A stretch of DNA of 63,815 bases, the filler included, from Kipferlia bialata (Eukaryota): NCBI GenBank assembly GCA_003568945.1. It is 4 parts of 4 records of this genome, joined end to end, with 100 filler letters (N's around TTAATTAATTAA, not from the genome) between each part and the next. Parts side by side here need not be neighbours in the genome. Positions count along the whole stretch, not along the records: positions 16,770 to 33,424 come from BDIP01000586.1; positions 33,525 to 50,173 come from BDIP01000587.1; 2 more parts are not named here. One strand, written 5' to 3'. Of the stretch, positions 25,301-37,254 are shown one piece after another. Under the pieces are notes generated by a model that was not told the origin of the DNA, searched no databases, and saw only the letters and a program-made list of their open reading frames with translations. Numbering within the stretch: the first letter of the stretch is position 1; each line of letters opens with the position of its first letter. Made by a program: the position numbers and the translations under genes.

Positions 25301-28300
25301 ATCCTGCACCTTGTGGAGGAATGGAGTGGGGCCACCGGCTCCGACCACCCCCTGTGTGGCCATGTGTGTGACTATGCTCTGTGCCAGTCGTCACTGGAGG
25401 AGGTGTTCCTCAGACTCAGCCACTCACAGCATAGCAGGGTACATGGGGATGCACCGAAGCCCGACCCCCAAAGGGATTCCTTTGGCCTCTTGCATCCTTC
25501 TACACGGAAGCCTGCGACAGTGTCAGATGTGACATCTGATACTGTGAGAGAGGCAGTTAGAGAGTCCGAGGAGAGCTCGTTTGTGGCTCGCAATGACCCT
25601 TGGGGCAGTAGTGTGTCCCACTCTGACGACCGGTGGGTGAGTGAGAGTGGGGACGGCAACACCAAGACCACGCACCCTGACACAATGAGTGCACAGGAGG
25701 TGGACAGGGTGCTGCGCCCACCTACCAAGACTCCGCGAGTATTCAGAGGGCTACTGAGTAAGATGCTTGCATTGGAGCGTACCCAGTCTTCCCTTGGTGT
25801 TCTGGGTGTATTTGGGATGCCGTGTATCCTAATGGGTGTCTGTTTCCTGCTGATAGCCCTTGTCCTACCTACGGTCATCTCTATAGCCGAAGAGCAGCTG
25901 GACTCAGTGCTAGAGACGGCCCAGGTCATGTGTGACCTCTGCAACACACTTAGTACACGTAGTGAGCTATCCCTAGACTCCTATGTGGAGCCCTGCTACG
26001 GGTGGGACGGGATGGGCCGGCACTACATCTGCACCCAGCTGGAAGAGTACAATGGGGAGGAGATGGACCCGGGGGTGCTGTGGGTTGCCAACCCCGACCA
26101 GGCTATGTTCAATGCCTACCATGCACCCACGTGGGTGGTGCCCTGGGATCTGACAGGGGGTATGCACGGGAGCCTGCCACCAAACAACACGGTCCTGGCC
26201 ACATATGACCAGCCCCTACTCGACTACAACGGAGACCCTATGAGGGAGGAGACAGATGCTGTAGACAGCATGGTCAGAGACTGGTGGTCCCTGTCCCCAG
26301 ACTACTCCAACCCATACTATGTCCCACAGACTGGGGTCTTCAACTCGTTCAGACTGCCTGTCTCCGAGACCATGAGGTACTCTGACATCAGCACGGTGGA
26401 GGAGACCAGCCTAGTGTTCGCCATGCACCTCACCCCCCCAACCTTTGAGGGCCATCCTTTTACCTCAGAGGAGGAGCTGGCTGGGTGGCTGTTCTGGTGG
26501 CAGACGCAGGACAGGAGCACAAGTGTGTCCACTCACCAGTTTGACATGAACGTCAGGAGTGATGCACAGCTCTTAGTCAATGCAATGATACCGTCTGCGT
26601 CCATCACCATACCCGAGGACCAGGTCCCCGGGTCCCCTTCTCTGACACCCACCATTGCATCCTACTTGCCGCCTAGCCCAGGGTTGCACCCCTACCAGCG
26701 AGTGAGCCTAGGTGTGAGATGGAATGAGATCACAGATTTCACTGATTCCATTGGAATCAGCATTGACGGCCTAGACTCTCTCCTTACGGACAAGACTAAG
26801 TTCTCCCCCCCACCTAGTCAGGCGCAGCGGCTGTTTGCCCTACCAGATGTGGTGTTCCCCAATGCCATATCCAACTCGATGTACTCTGTGCTACACACCG
26901 AGTTGGCCCAGTCTACCATCCGGTCAGAGCTGGGCCTTACCCAGGACGAGGTCAACATCAGAGTGGGGATGAAGCCCTTCCCGTACACGTGGGGCTTCAT
27001 CGCCAAGTCAGCCGAGAGTCGACTCGAAGGGTTCATCTCTGTAACGTTCCTGATGATCACCATCTTTGCTCTCATACCATCCCACACATACGGTCCCGTG
27101 CTGGAGAGAATGCAGGGAGTGCGGGCAGCCTACCGTCTCAATGGCGTCAACTCGGTACAGTACTGGACCTCCCTTCTGCTGTACAACGTTGCCCTGTCTC
27201 TCTCTGTCCATGCCTTCCTGTACGTGATAGGGTACCATGTGCTGGACATGAGATACTTCACCAGACAGGGCCTGGTTGTGATGGCACCTGTCCTTGCCTG
27301 CAGTGCCCTCAGCACCGTGTGTGTGGGCCTCTTCATCTCAGTCTTCTTCAAGTCAACCAAGGTGGCCTCTCTGTTTGGGTATGTCTACTCGATGGGTATC
27401 GTCGTGTTCATCTGGCTGATGGTCGAGTCCCCAGCTGATGTCTTAGAGGACGAGGTCAGATGGTGGTACAGGCTAGGACCCTCAGTGTCGATGGCTGTCC
27501 TGATGTTCTACATCTCCAACAGAGCATTCGACCGCTGGGATGACTTTAGAGCGGACCCGATGTCTGACCTCCTTGTTTCCGCAGTCATCCAGTGTGTCGT
27601 CGTGTTCCTATTGACTGTACTCATTGACTCTCTCATGTCTCGCAGTACTTCGTTTAGGTCTCTATCTAAGCGTCTGTTCCGCAAGTGCCACCAGGACCAG
27701 TCACAGGTAGTTGTGCAAGAGACTGTGGGTCAGGGGACTCTAGATAGACAGGTGTCCCTAGACGCCCCCCACCTTCCTGTCCCTGAGAACGATGTGCCGC
27801 AACTGCGCCGTCTCATGATCCCCCCTGTGTCTGTCGACCTGACGCCTATGCCAAGTAGATCCTCTAAGGAGGCCGGGACTGCTCGTGAATTGGCCCTCAG
27901 GTCCTGTGACTCTATGATGGATGCTGACGTGCGTGCTGAGCGTGTACAGATGGCCTCTGGTCTGGAACCAGACACACCAGTCGTGGTGAGTAACGTGCAG
28001 AAATTCTATCCCCCTAGGTTCACTGCCGTGAGAGATGTGGCATTCCACATTCCGCAATCGAGTTGTTTTGCACTGCTTGGGCCGAACGGTGCCGGAAAGA
28101 GTACCACTATCGATATGTTGACCGGCAACACACATATGACCAGCGGCTCTGCCTGTATTCTCGGCCATGACGTCGGGACCGAGACTAGCGCTGTACATAA
28201 GTGTCTGGGGTATTGTCCCCAGCACGATGTATTTGTGCCCACTCTCACTGTGCGGCAGCACCTGGAGCTGTTCTGTCGTCTAAGGGGGGTCCAGAGGGAT

Positions 28301-29002
28301 GATGAGAAGGCGGTGTCGGAACGCCTTGCGGGCTTTGTCCAGTTAGACCCAGCCATTGACACCCAGGCCATGCGTCTGTCTGGGGGCATGAGGCGCCGGC
28401 TGTCTCTGGCCCTGGCTTTGATAGGGGCACCTCCCATTGTGGTCCTGGACGAACCCTCCACCGGGTTGGACCCCTTTACCAAGAGGGCGGTGTGGCAGAC
28501 AATCGACGCTGCCAAGGCGGGCAAGGCAATGCTGCTAACCACTCACTCTACCGAGGAGGCCAGTGCCTTGGCCCAAAGGATAGGCATCATGGTGGCTGGT
28601 CAGATGCGGTGCATAGGAACAGGGCAGCACCTCAAGAGGAAGTTTGGGTCTGGGTTCACTCTGAGAGTCCTGCACAGAGAGGGGTACCCTGTTGACACAC
28701 TGACAGAGCTGGTGGTGGGTGCCTGTCCCGCTGCTAGACTGACCCACAGTGACCCACAGCCTGTCGGGCACTGCGTCCTCAGTCGCTATGCCATACCGGG
28801 GGGCAGCCGGATAGGGCCCCTCTTCCAGACAATGCTGACAGCCAGAGACAGGGAGTCGAGAGAGAGAGAAGGCGACACCGCCGAGGATACCATGGTGGCT
28901 GAGTTCAGTGTAGACTTCTCCAGTCTGGAGCAGGTCATGCTGAAGGTGTGTGTTGCGGCAGAGCCCCCAGAGGAAGATGTCTTAGAGATGCTGCAGCTGT
29001 GA
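21935..29002 (+). CDS. Full-size ABC transporter, subfamily A (TMD-NBD-TMD-NBD); 5' exons uncertain
   Basis: NBD1 has Walker A GHNGCGKT in a small exon (~24200-24259), signature YSGGM and Walker B IVCDEPT. NBD2 has GPNGAGKST, LSGGM, VVLDEPS and TTHS. ABCA motifs GxCPQ(H), LKRxxGSG and SLEEVF are present, with two hydrophobic TM blocks. The last exon runs ~24423-29002. Confidence 0.95.
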
Positions 29003-29852
29003 GAAACCTGATATATAGTAAATACGTAGCTGTAATACAGCCTGTATTCGTTGTGCTTTGGGAGTATCCTGCTGATAGATCCAGTTAGAGCAGTGAGCAA
29101 TAGACATTGCTGATTAGTCTAGAATAGATATCAAAGTTGACACTTTAAGGTGAAAGTTTCAACCAATTGTTGAATCTACCTATACTGTCATTGGAACTCC
29201 ACTGCAGTTGAATGGTACAATGAATCTCTAGTAGAGATTCTCTAGTAGAGATCCAGTGGACATGGCAAAGAGACTTTCTACGGTTCTCTACACCATCTCC
29301 ATTGGACAGTCTAATGGGCACCGTGCCCAGCTTTAATTGTCGCATAGGATATTGAAGTATAATAGACAAGCTTACTCTAGTCAACAATTACGTGAGTAAG
29401 TAATAGTAGAGAGCCAAGAGGGAATGAAGATTCGTATTCTCACTCATAACAGTTGCTACATACTCTATTGGTGTAGGGAAACCATACGTACACGATATTT
29501 CTTGTGTAATTCAATCCTTACTAAGGATTCCTTAGTAAGAATAATGTTCCTAGATTCTAAGACTTAGAACCTGATTCTCGAGGAGATTACACTATTCGTT
29601 GGGGTCCTTAATGGATGAGAGTCACAAAACAATGTTTTGAAAACATCATGTGACTGTCATATTGTGACATGTTAGTCTAGCAGCATGAATCATGCCATGA
29701 TACTACACTGATGTCCCAAGAAAACGACCGTTAGAGTCAATACCGAGTGGTATAATATTTAGAGGGCCAGGGAAGGTGGGGCTGCATAACTCACACTAGA
29801 TCTAGTCCCTTGGGTTGAATGACAACTGTACACAGAGTTCTATTGCAAGGTT

Positions 29853-32800
29853 CTACTGCCGCTTCCTCAGCTGTTTGATAACACTTTCGTATGTCTCTAG
29901 ATCCTGCATCGTCTCGAGGTCTACAATTTCACAGACCTGGAAGTCCCCTGTCTCCTCTGAGAGGGGTACAGGGGCTGCCTTGTCACCCCGAGGGGCCTCT
30001 GTCTGTCTTGCTGCCTCAGACCACAGGGCAGACAGTGCCCCCACCTCCTTGCGGATGGCCTCGGTCTTGGCCGCCCTCTGGACATCTGCTGCCAGGGCTG
30101 CCAGGCCCATACTACACTGGTGCAGAGAGGCAGAGTAGATACGGTCCTTGTACACGCCAGACGTGGCAACATCAGCCTCGGGGGCATCATCTCCCTCCAC
30201 CCCCTCTTCTGTCTTAGTCTTGGTGTGACAGGCGGCAGTCTCTGCAACTAGGTCCTCAGGGGGGGAGAGAGCAGAAACGAGAGAGAGACTGTTCTGCCTC
30301 CCCACCGTGTAGTCCTTGCCCCCAGTGTCCAGCTCTGTCAGTACACCGACGGCCAGACCCACCTTGCCAAACCCACTCACTACGCTACCTGCGGCAGAGA
30401 CATACCGCATTGGAAGGGGGATATTGGCCTTGTTGAAGAGGTAGAGGGGGGTCAGGATCACGTGACAGGCAACGGATATGATGGAGGGCACTCCGGTGGC
30501 ACGCAGAAGCAGCACAATCTCGCTGAGTGCTGCAGCTAGGTACCCTCTGCACCCTGCCAGTTCAGGCCAACTGGCATGGGGCTGCACCCTTAAACAGGCA
30601 TCGAGTGTGGCCAGACACTGAATGGTGACGGCAATGATGGACCGGATGTCCTCGAGGTCCTCTATAGGCATGGTGGCAGAGACAGATGTACACATGGCGG
30701 CACATGCCCCGACACAGGCCGTGGATATGGATGCTATGAGGGAGGGCAGACACGTGGCCTCGATGCTGTGTGCATCAGCCACCCCCAGCTCCCTCACCAC
30801 AGTACGGGCCAGTCTGACGGTCAGGGGCGTGACTGTGTCAAACCATATGCCCCTTCCGGCCTCACCCCCTATCGAGCACACCCCATCCTGCACTGTGGGG
30901 CCAGCAGTCAGCACCACGGCTATCACTGCCTGTGCTATGTACCCCGCCCCCACCCTGCTCAGCCTCAGGAGGTTGATCAGTGACGTGGTGGCCTCCATCT
31001 CTGGGCACACCCGTCTGGAGTGCAAGAAGAGGGCCCCACATGTGGCAGCGACGTATGTGTCGATGGCGCCCTTCTGTACCGCCCCGACCAGGTAATGCGC
31101 TGTGTCTAGGAGGGCATCCTCAGAGGCAGGGCCCTCGGTGCCTGGGATGTCACACACAACACGCATCACAAGGGACACGCAAGGCGAGACCCGCTTGTCA
31201 CGGATTGTGTCAGTCACTATGTCCACAAACATGTCCCCCATGCCCACATTGGCTGCCAGCGCCATCCCGCCCCTCCCCAGGGTCACGGCGTGTGGCGCTG
31301 CATGACCACAGAGGGAGTGGCCCATGTCCTTCAGACAGAGAGAGACTGCGGCAGAGTCCAGGTCGTAGGGGGGGAGGCAGGCACATGCCACGAGTGCGTC
31401 ATGGGCCCCACAGAGGTCACTGCTCCTCTGCATCTGTCGGTCCCTAGTGACATGGCACAGGACACAGAGGGTGTCGGCCATGACCAGGTCGATGCCGTCC
31501 CCCCCTCCCTCCATGCACACCCTCAGTGCCGCAAACACATGACAGGGGGGGAGCAGGGTGGACTTGGCCTCACCCTGCTGTGCCACCTCTACCTTGGCAT
31601 CCCCTCCTGTCTCAAGTAGTGTCCGTGCCGTGTTTGATATGTATGTGAGTGCATCTTTGGCCAGAGACAGCACCAGCCCCCTGGCTGTACCCCCCATGGC
31701 ATGGAAGGTGGAGAGGAGAGAGAGACGGCGTCTGTCTGCCGTTGCTATGACATGGGGAGGGGACAAGCAGGGGTATGCCTTGGGGTTGACAGACTGGCGC
31801 AACACATCCAAGAGAAGGCTGTGGGTACCAGTCTCAGCCAGAGTCCTGTCATCACCTGACTCCTCTCCCTCCACCTCTGGCCCTATCATAGACACCAGGC
31901 TCTCCACACACTCAGTTGTGGCCTCCCTGACCTGTGCATCGGGTGATGCCATGCCCTGGCCTAGGTTGGCAGCTAGGTCAGCCAGGTGGTCCCTAGACAC
32001 ATGTCCCTGGGGGAGGGTGCCCAGGGCCTTGGGCAGGGCTCTAAAGGCTGCAGCCCGTATCTCAGAGGACGGGGCCACGGCTGAGTCGAGGGTGACCGAC
32101 AGCCGCACCCCCCCAGTTGGCATGACCCTCAATACCTTGAGGAGGGTGGCCTTGGGGGCGGTCTTGGCCTGACGCAGCACAATCAGGCAGAGCTGCAGTG
32201 CCTCCTCAGCACTGGAGGGCGACCCACCGTCGGTGACGTGGGGTAGGGTGCCCCAAGTGGCAATGGAGACAACGGCTGCACACCTCACACCCTGCACCTT
32301 GTCCTAAGAGTGAGACTAGGAAGTGGGTATATACGTAGAAACCGAGTGGGGAATGGAGTAGAATCAAGAACTGGGCTGAACTGCCACATGTCTCTCACCT
32401 CGGCTCTGATCTCAATGGCTGCCCCCAGATAGACAGAGGGGGACAGGAGGGCTGCCATCTCGCATGCCCTCTGCCTGACCTTCCAGGGCGTGGCCCCCAT
32501 GTCATGCACCACACACAGGGTGAGCACGTCCGTGGTGGGATCGGCCGCCTCCTGGGTCTCTAGGTCCACCCCCACCCCACTGGCATCCCTCACCGACACA
32601 CAGAGGGACACGATGCGGGTGGCCTGGGCCTTGGTCAGCTCTGTCTGCCTCAAGGCATGGTACATGACACGCTCCAGGGCACCACACAGATCTCCAGCGT
32701 CAGCCTTGTTAGCCCTCAAGGCCGTCTTCCATGTCTTTCCCACACCTGCAATGTGAGAAGAGAATACTGATACTGATGACTACCAACCACGCAGACTGAG

Positions 32801-32954
32801 GACAATGTGTCTCCTCGAGTATTGACACTACACCCATACCTTCGCCAAGGCTCACTGGGTTCAAACGTGGATGCGCCAGTAGGTTGCTACAAGCATTATA
32901 CAGGGCAGCACCCAGGTCTGACATCAGTGGGTGTAGATAGAGTCCCTTCTGCAC
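29853..32954 (-). CDS. HEAT/ARM-repeat-like alpha-helical protein
   Basis: 814-aa exon 29853-32297 plus upstream exons (~32745-32397, ~32950-32800). HEAT-like segments SSEIRAAAFRALPKAL, SPDAQVREATTECVESL and PWKVRQRACEMAALL. Confidence 0.65.
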
Positions 32955-33387
32955 CCGGCTCTGAGTCAGACCAAGCCAAACTGCTAAATTTCAAAAATTC
33001 TAGTTTAGCCAAGTAATCTCTCTCTAAGCTTAAGTCAGAGACAGTTTTACCGCCTGTGCCAGAGTCGGGTCTGAATTCTTGCTTCTCCTCTTACTAGCAC
33101 AATGGGGCTTCCGTCTGGACCTGCAAGGAATAGAAGCCGACCCCAGTCTACTCAATACGAAAACCCTATTCTTCTCGGTACATATATATACGTAGACGTC
33201 GTTGGATCTATGGGCGGCCGTATCACCCTCTCACTTCCAAAATGATCATTCCACTACTACTAATGTAGTAGTATACACCACAGATAGAATAATCAACAGG
33301 ATCATTTATACACCAGAGACTGAGTCTTCAGGACGGAAAACATCAAAAGCTATGATACAGAGTCTCGAGTGACAAGAGAGATCAGAC

Positions 33388-33424
33388 TTAGTAGTCCTCC
33401 TCCTCGTCCTCGTACTCGGCCTCG
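33388..33424 (-). CDS. 3' end of a gene ending EAEYEDEEEDY*, possibly a tubulin acidic tail
   Basis: 11 codons, all GC3, ending TAC TAA at the scaffold edge. Too short to assign firmly. Confidence 0.35.
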
Positions 33425-33524
33425 NNNNNNNNNNNNNNNNNNNNNNNNNNNNNNNNNNNNNNNNNNNNTTAATTAATTAANNNNNNNNNNNNNNNNNNNN
33501 NNNNNNNNNNNNNNNNNNNNNNNN
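33425..33524. other. Artificial scaffold-joining spacer
   Basis: N44-TTAATTAATTAA-N44. Confidence 0.97.
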
Positions 33525-36500
33525 TATACTGTATATATATACTGTGGTCACACAGCAGAGGGCAGTCATAGCGGTGAGTATGTATATGTATATATATATA
33601 TGTATATGTGTACATATGTATGTATATATGTATCTGTATATATATACTGTGGTCACACAGCAGAGGGCAGTCATAGCGGTGAGTTTCACAATTGTATCAG
33701 GATCAATATCAGTGTTAGTACCACGCACCCAGACCCACGCACATATCTATATATATCTATGTGTTCGTGTTCGTGGTATCATTGTATTTCCTCACCCCCA
33801 GGACCTGCGGTCTGCTGTGTCTGACCTCCCATCTATACTTTACATACACACACACATATATATATATACCTCTTTGTGTATATATACTATATCTAATGCT
33901 AACCAACTAGGACCTGCGGTCTGCTGTCTCCGACCTGACCCTGTCCCTATCGACAAAGGAGACAGAGAACAGGGGGCTGAGAAAGCAGGTAGGGGTTATG
34001 TGGTAGTATGTATATATTAATATATAGAGAGAGACAGAGGAAGCAGGTACATGTATATGAGTATGTATCTCTGCATATACATATAGCGACAGAGAACAGG
34101 GCACTCAGGAAGCAGGTGGGGAGCGTGGTATATACACATATATATAGAGAGAGAGACAGGGAGAGGTAGAGACACAGATTATAGTACTCAGGAAGCCGGT
34201 GCGGAGTGTCCCAATGACTGACATGGTATTCTTCATATGTGTTTGTATGTGTTTGTATGTGTTTGTATGTGTTTGTATGTGTTTGTATGTGTTTGGATGT
34301 GTATATGAGTGATTGTGTTCCTCCTCATCCCCAGCTGTCCCTTGTGACTGACATGATATATGTACTGATTGTATTATATGTATATATGAGTATGAGTATG
34401 TATGTATGTAAGTTTTGAGTTGTATCCCTTACCCCAGCTCTCTCTGGTCACAGACATGAGGAGTGCCCTACAGACAGTGCAGGAGGGGTGAGTGGATATA
34501 TGTAAATACATGCATGCATACCTATCAGTATCAGTATATATATATATATATAACCCCAACTCCACCACAATACACATCGTATCTGGCCTATCAGTATCAA
34601 TTTATTCATCTATAGTCAGTATACAAGTATGCATATATATGCACGTATCCATAGTCTCACCCCAGCTCCACCACCATCCTGTCCGGTCTGTCAGCCGAGG
34701 GCAGGGATGAGAGGGAGAGGGAGAGGGAGAGAGAGAGAGAGACGTGGCAGCAGGAGAGGGCCAAGCTGCTGGCAGTAATTGATAGTCAGGTATGCTCTTA
34801 TATACATAGTCTACCGCGTATACCCTCTCTCTATCACAATATTACCTGGTGTAGTCATTCATAGTCAGGTACGGGGTGTGTGCCATTATGTGAAGCATCT
34901 TCAGTACATATATGAATATGCAATCTTGTACATCTCCAACTCTCCCCCTCTCCCTCCCTTCTCTATCTAACCGTTCAGACCACCCTAGTCTCCACCCTAA
35001 CTACCCAGGCAGAGGAGAGAGAGAGGGTCAGAGAGGCAGGGCAGGTGTGTATGTGTATGTGTATAGATATATATATAGAGAGAGAGGGGGGGGGGGTCAG
35101 AGAGGCAGGGTAGGTACAAGAAGATGGTATATCGCAGCTGCATTTGATACTCTTGATACTGATACTGATAACTCTATTCCAATGCCTCTTACAGATAGGA
35201 CCAAGCTGAGCTTGAGAGATATATACAGACACACACACACACATATATATATATAGAGTTACACTAACTCAATTGTTCTATTGACCTTATTCTAATGAAT
35301 AGGACCAGGCTGAGCTTGAGAGGGGTCTGGCCCTGGCAGCAGAGTACACAAGGATGATGCAGGTTGGTGTATGTATATGTATATATATATGTTGCAATTA
35401 TAATGTAGATATATGACTGGTGTTTTTCTATATATATGAATGGCAGCAGAGGACAGTATCATATATATACACATGATGACATGATGTAGGTTGGTGAGTG
35501 GGTATATAGTTGATACTCTTTTCCTTTTTGTACTAGGTATCATTGTTATACATCTAGTAATCACTCCAGGAAGACGCCGAGAAGGAGAGAGAGAAGGAGG
35601 AAGAGAAGGAGAGAGAGAAGGAGAGACAGGAGCAGCTTGAGAGAGAGAGAGAGCAGGCTATTGAGGTGGAGAGGGAGAGAGAGGCTGAGATGCAAAGAGA
35701 GACAGAGGGTGAGAGCCTGACCCTGTTATCTAGGGATAGACCCCCATCTATTAGTGTAGAGGGTGAGGGGCATGAGAGTGAGGGTGAGGGAGAGGGGGAG
35801 GATGGGAGTGAGAGTGACTCTGGACTGGATGAGTGTGCTGAGGTGGAGATAGAAGAGGGGGAGGGAGAGGGGGAGAGAGAGATGGATGATATGGAGCCAA
35901 AGGTGAGTGTGGCGTGATGACTCTATATACTCATTGTTGGTATGGATATTTTTACTCTGCTGTGATATTCTCCCCTCCCTCTCTCTACCTCACCCACAGC
36001 TCTCGCCACCGTCCCCTACAATACTCTCTCTCTCTCTCTCTCTGTGTCTCTAACTCCAGCTGAGCCCTCTGGTCACCGTCCCAACCCCTCCCAATCTAAT
36101 CTCTCTCTCTCTGTCTCTCTCTCTCTCTAACTCTAGCTCTCCCCTCTTGCCACTGTCCCCTCCCCCCACCCCCAGTCCCAGACACAATACGGACAGGGGG
36201 AGAGGGAGAGAGAGAGAGAGTACCCCCAGATGGAGAGGAGGAGGCAGGGGGATAGGGCCACCGTGATTGACTCACCTGAGACATCCATCAACATGCTCAG
36301 AAGCATAGGTATGGCTATATTTGTAGTCTTTGTTTGTGTTTAGGTATCAGTTATATATGTATGTGTCTCACCGCCAGGCCTGCTGGTGTCAGACGAGCCC
36401 GACAGCACTCTGCTGGACTCCAACAGTGGCAGTGAGGCAGAGGGAGAGAGGGAGAGGGAGAGGGGGAGACAGCAGCCCCGCCCCCACCGTCTGAATGTGA

Positions 36501-36866
36501 GACACGACATTGCCTATGAAGATGATGATGAAGATGAGGGAGAGGTGGGAGGGAGGCAGAGGGTGAGGCCGCACAACAGGGCAGCTGTCAGGAGTGTGAT
36601 ACAGGGCATTAGGGAGAGGGCCCATGAGAGGGAGAAGGATAGGGAGAGAGAGAGGGAGAGAGAGAGAGCCAGGAACAGAGACAACAGGGGGGCACACAGG
36701 TGAGAGGTTGTGGGTGGGCGATACTGTGCCATCGACATAAGCATATGGTTGTCTTGTGTCTCTGTTGCCCAGCTCTAACATTAGGCAATCACACCATGAT
36801 AGGGATCCCATCTACTCCAGCGATGTGTACACCGACCCCATCTCTGGCAGGCAGTTCTTTGACTAG
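33525..36866 (+). CDS. Intron-rich hypothetical acidic/ER-rich protein (5'-partial)
   Basis: Exons include ~35570-35902 (EKEREKEEEK...MEPK), ~36378-36699 and a last exon QSHHDRDPIYSSDVYTDPISGRQFFD* (TAG 36864-36866). Confidence 0.6.
34237..34301 (+). repeat. Intronic tandem repeat, 10-bp unit ATGTGTTTGT x ~6
   Basis: Read directly from the sequence. Confidence 0.85.
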
Positions 36867-36878
36867 GGACTCTCTCTA
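36758..36878 (+). repeat. Direct repeat A (last exon of the upstream gene); second copy at 47288-47412
   Basis: gctctaac..aggcaatcacac...gatcccat.tactccag.gatgtgtacaccgaccc.atct...caggcagttctttgactagg.actctct is present at both positions. Confidence 0.9.
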
Positions 36879-37254
36879 TGTTTTTGAGAGACTAGGGATC
36901 TAGTTTGGCTAGAATAGGGGGGGGGGGGCTTCTGTGTTACAGACACCCTTCTATTGCTGATGGAGTGTTTGTATGAGTGTAGTATTTGTGTGTTTGTGTT
37001 GTCAGGGAGTGTAATAGACACTGAGGAAGTGTTTTGGGCCGCGTACAGTCACATAATTAAGCGATTGGAAGAGTTCAATTAGCGGTCATGACACACCCGA
37101 AGAGATACCTGCAACCGACTCAACAGTATGGAGTATTGGAAGCTCTCACTTGCATCCCCAGACAGTGTTTTTCCGTTGTCACTGTAATTGATGCCATCTC
37201 ATTGTCTCGGATATGACAGCAACATGACTAACTCTCTTACAACCCCATACTCAG

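Noticed and set aside
24508..32172. Numerous antisense or alternate-frame ORFs over the ABCA and HEAT-like genes
   Set aside because: Shadows of GC-rich coding sequence with no independent motifs.
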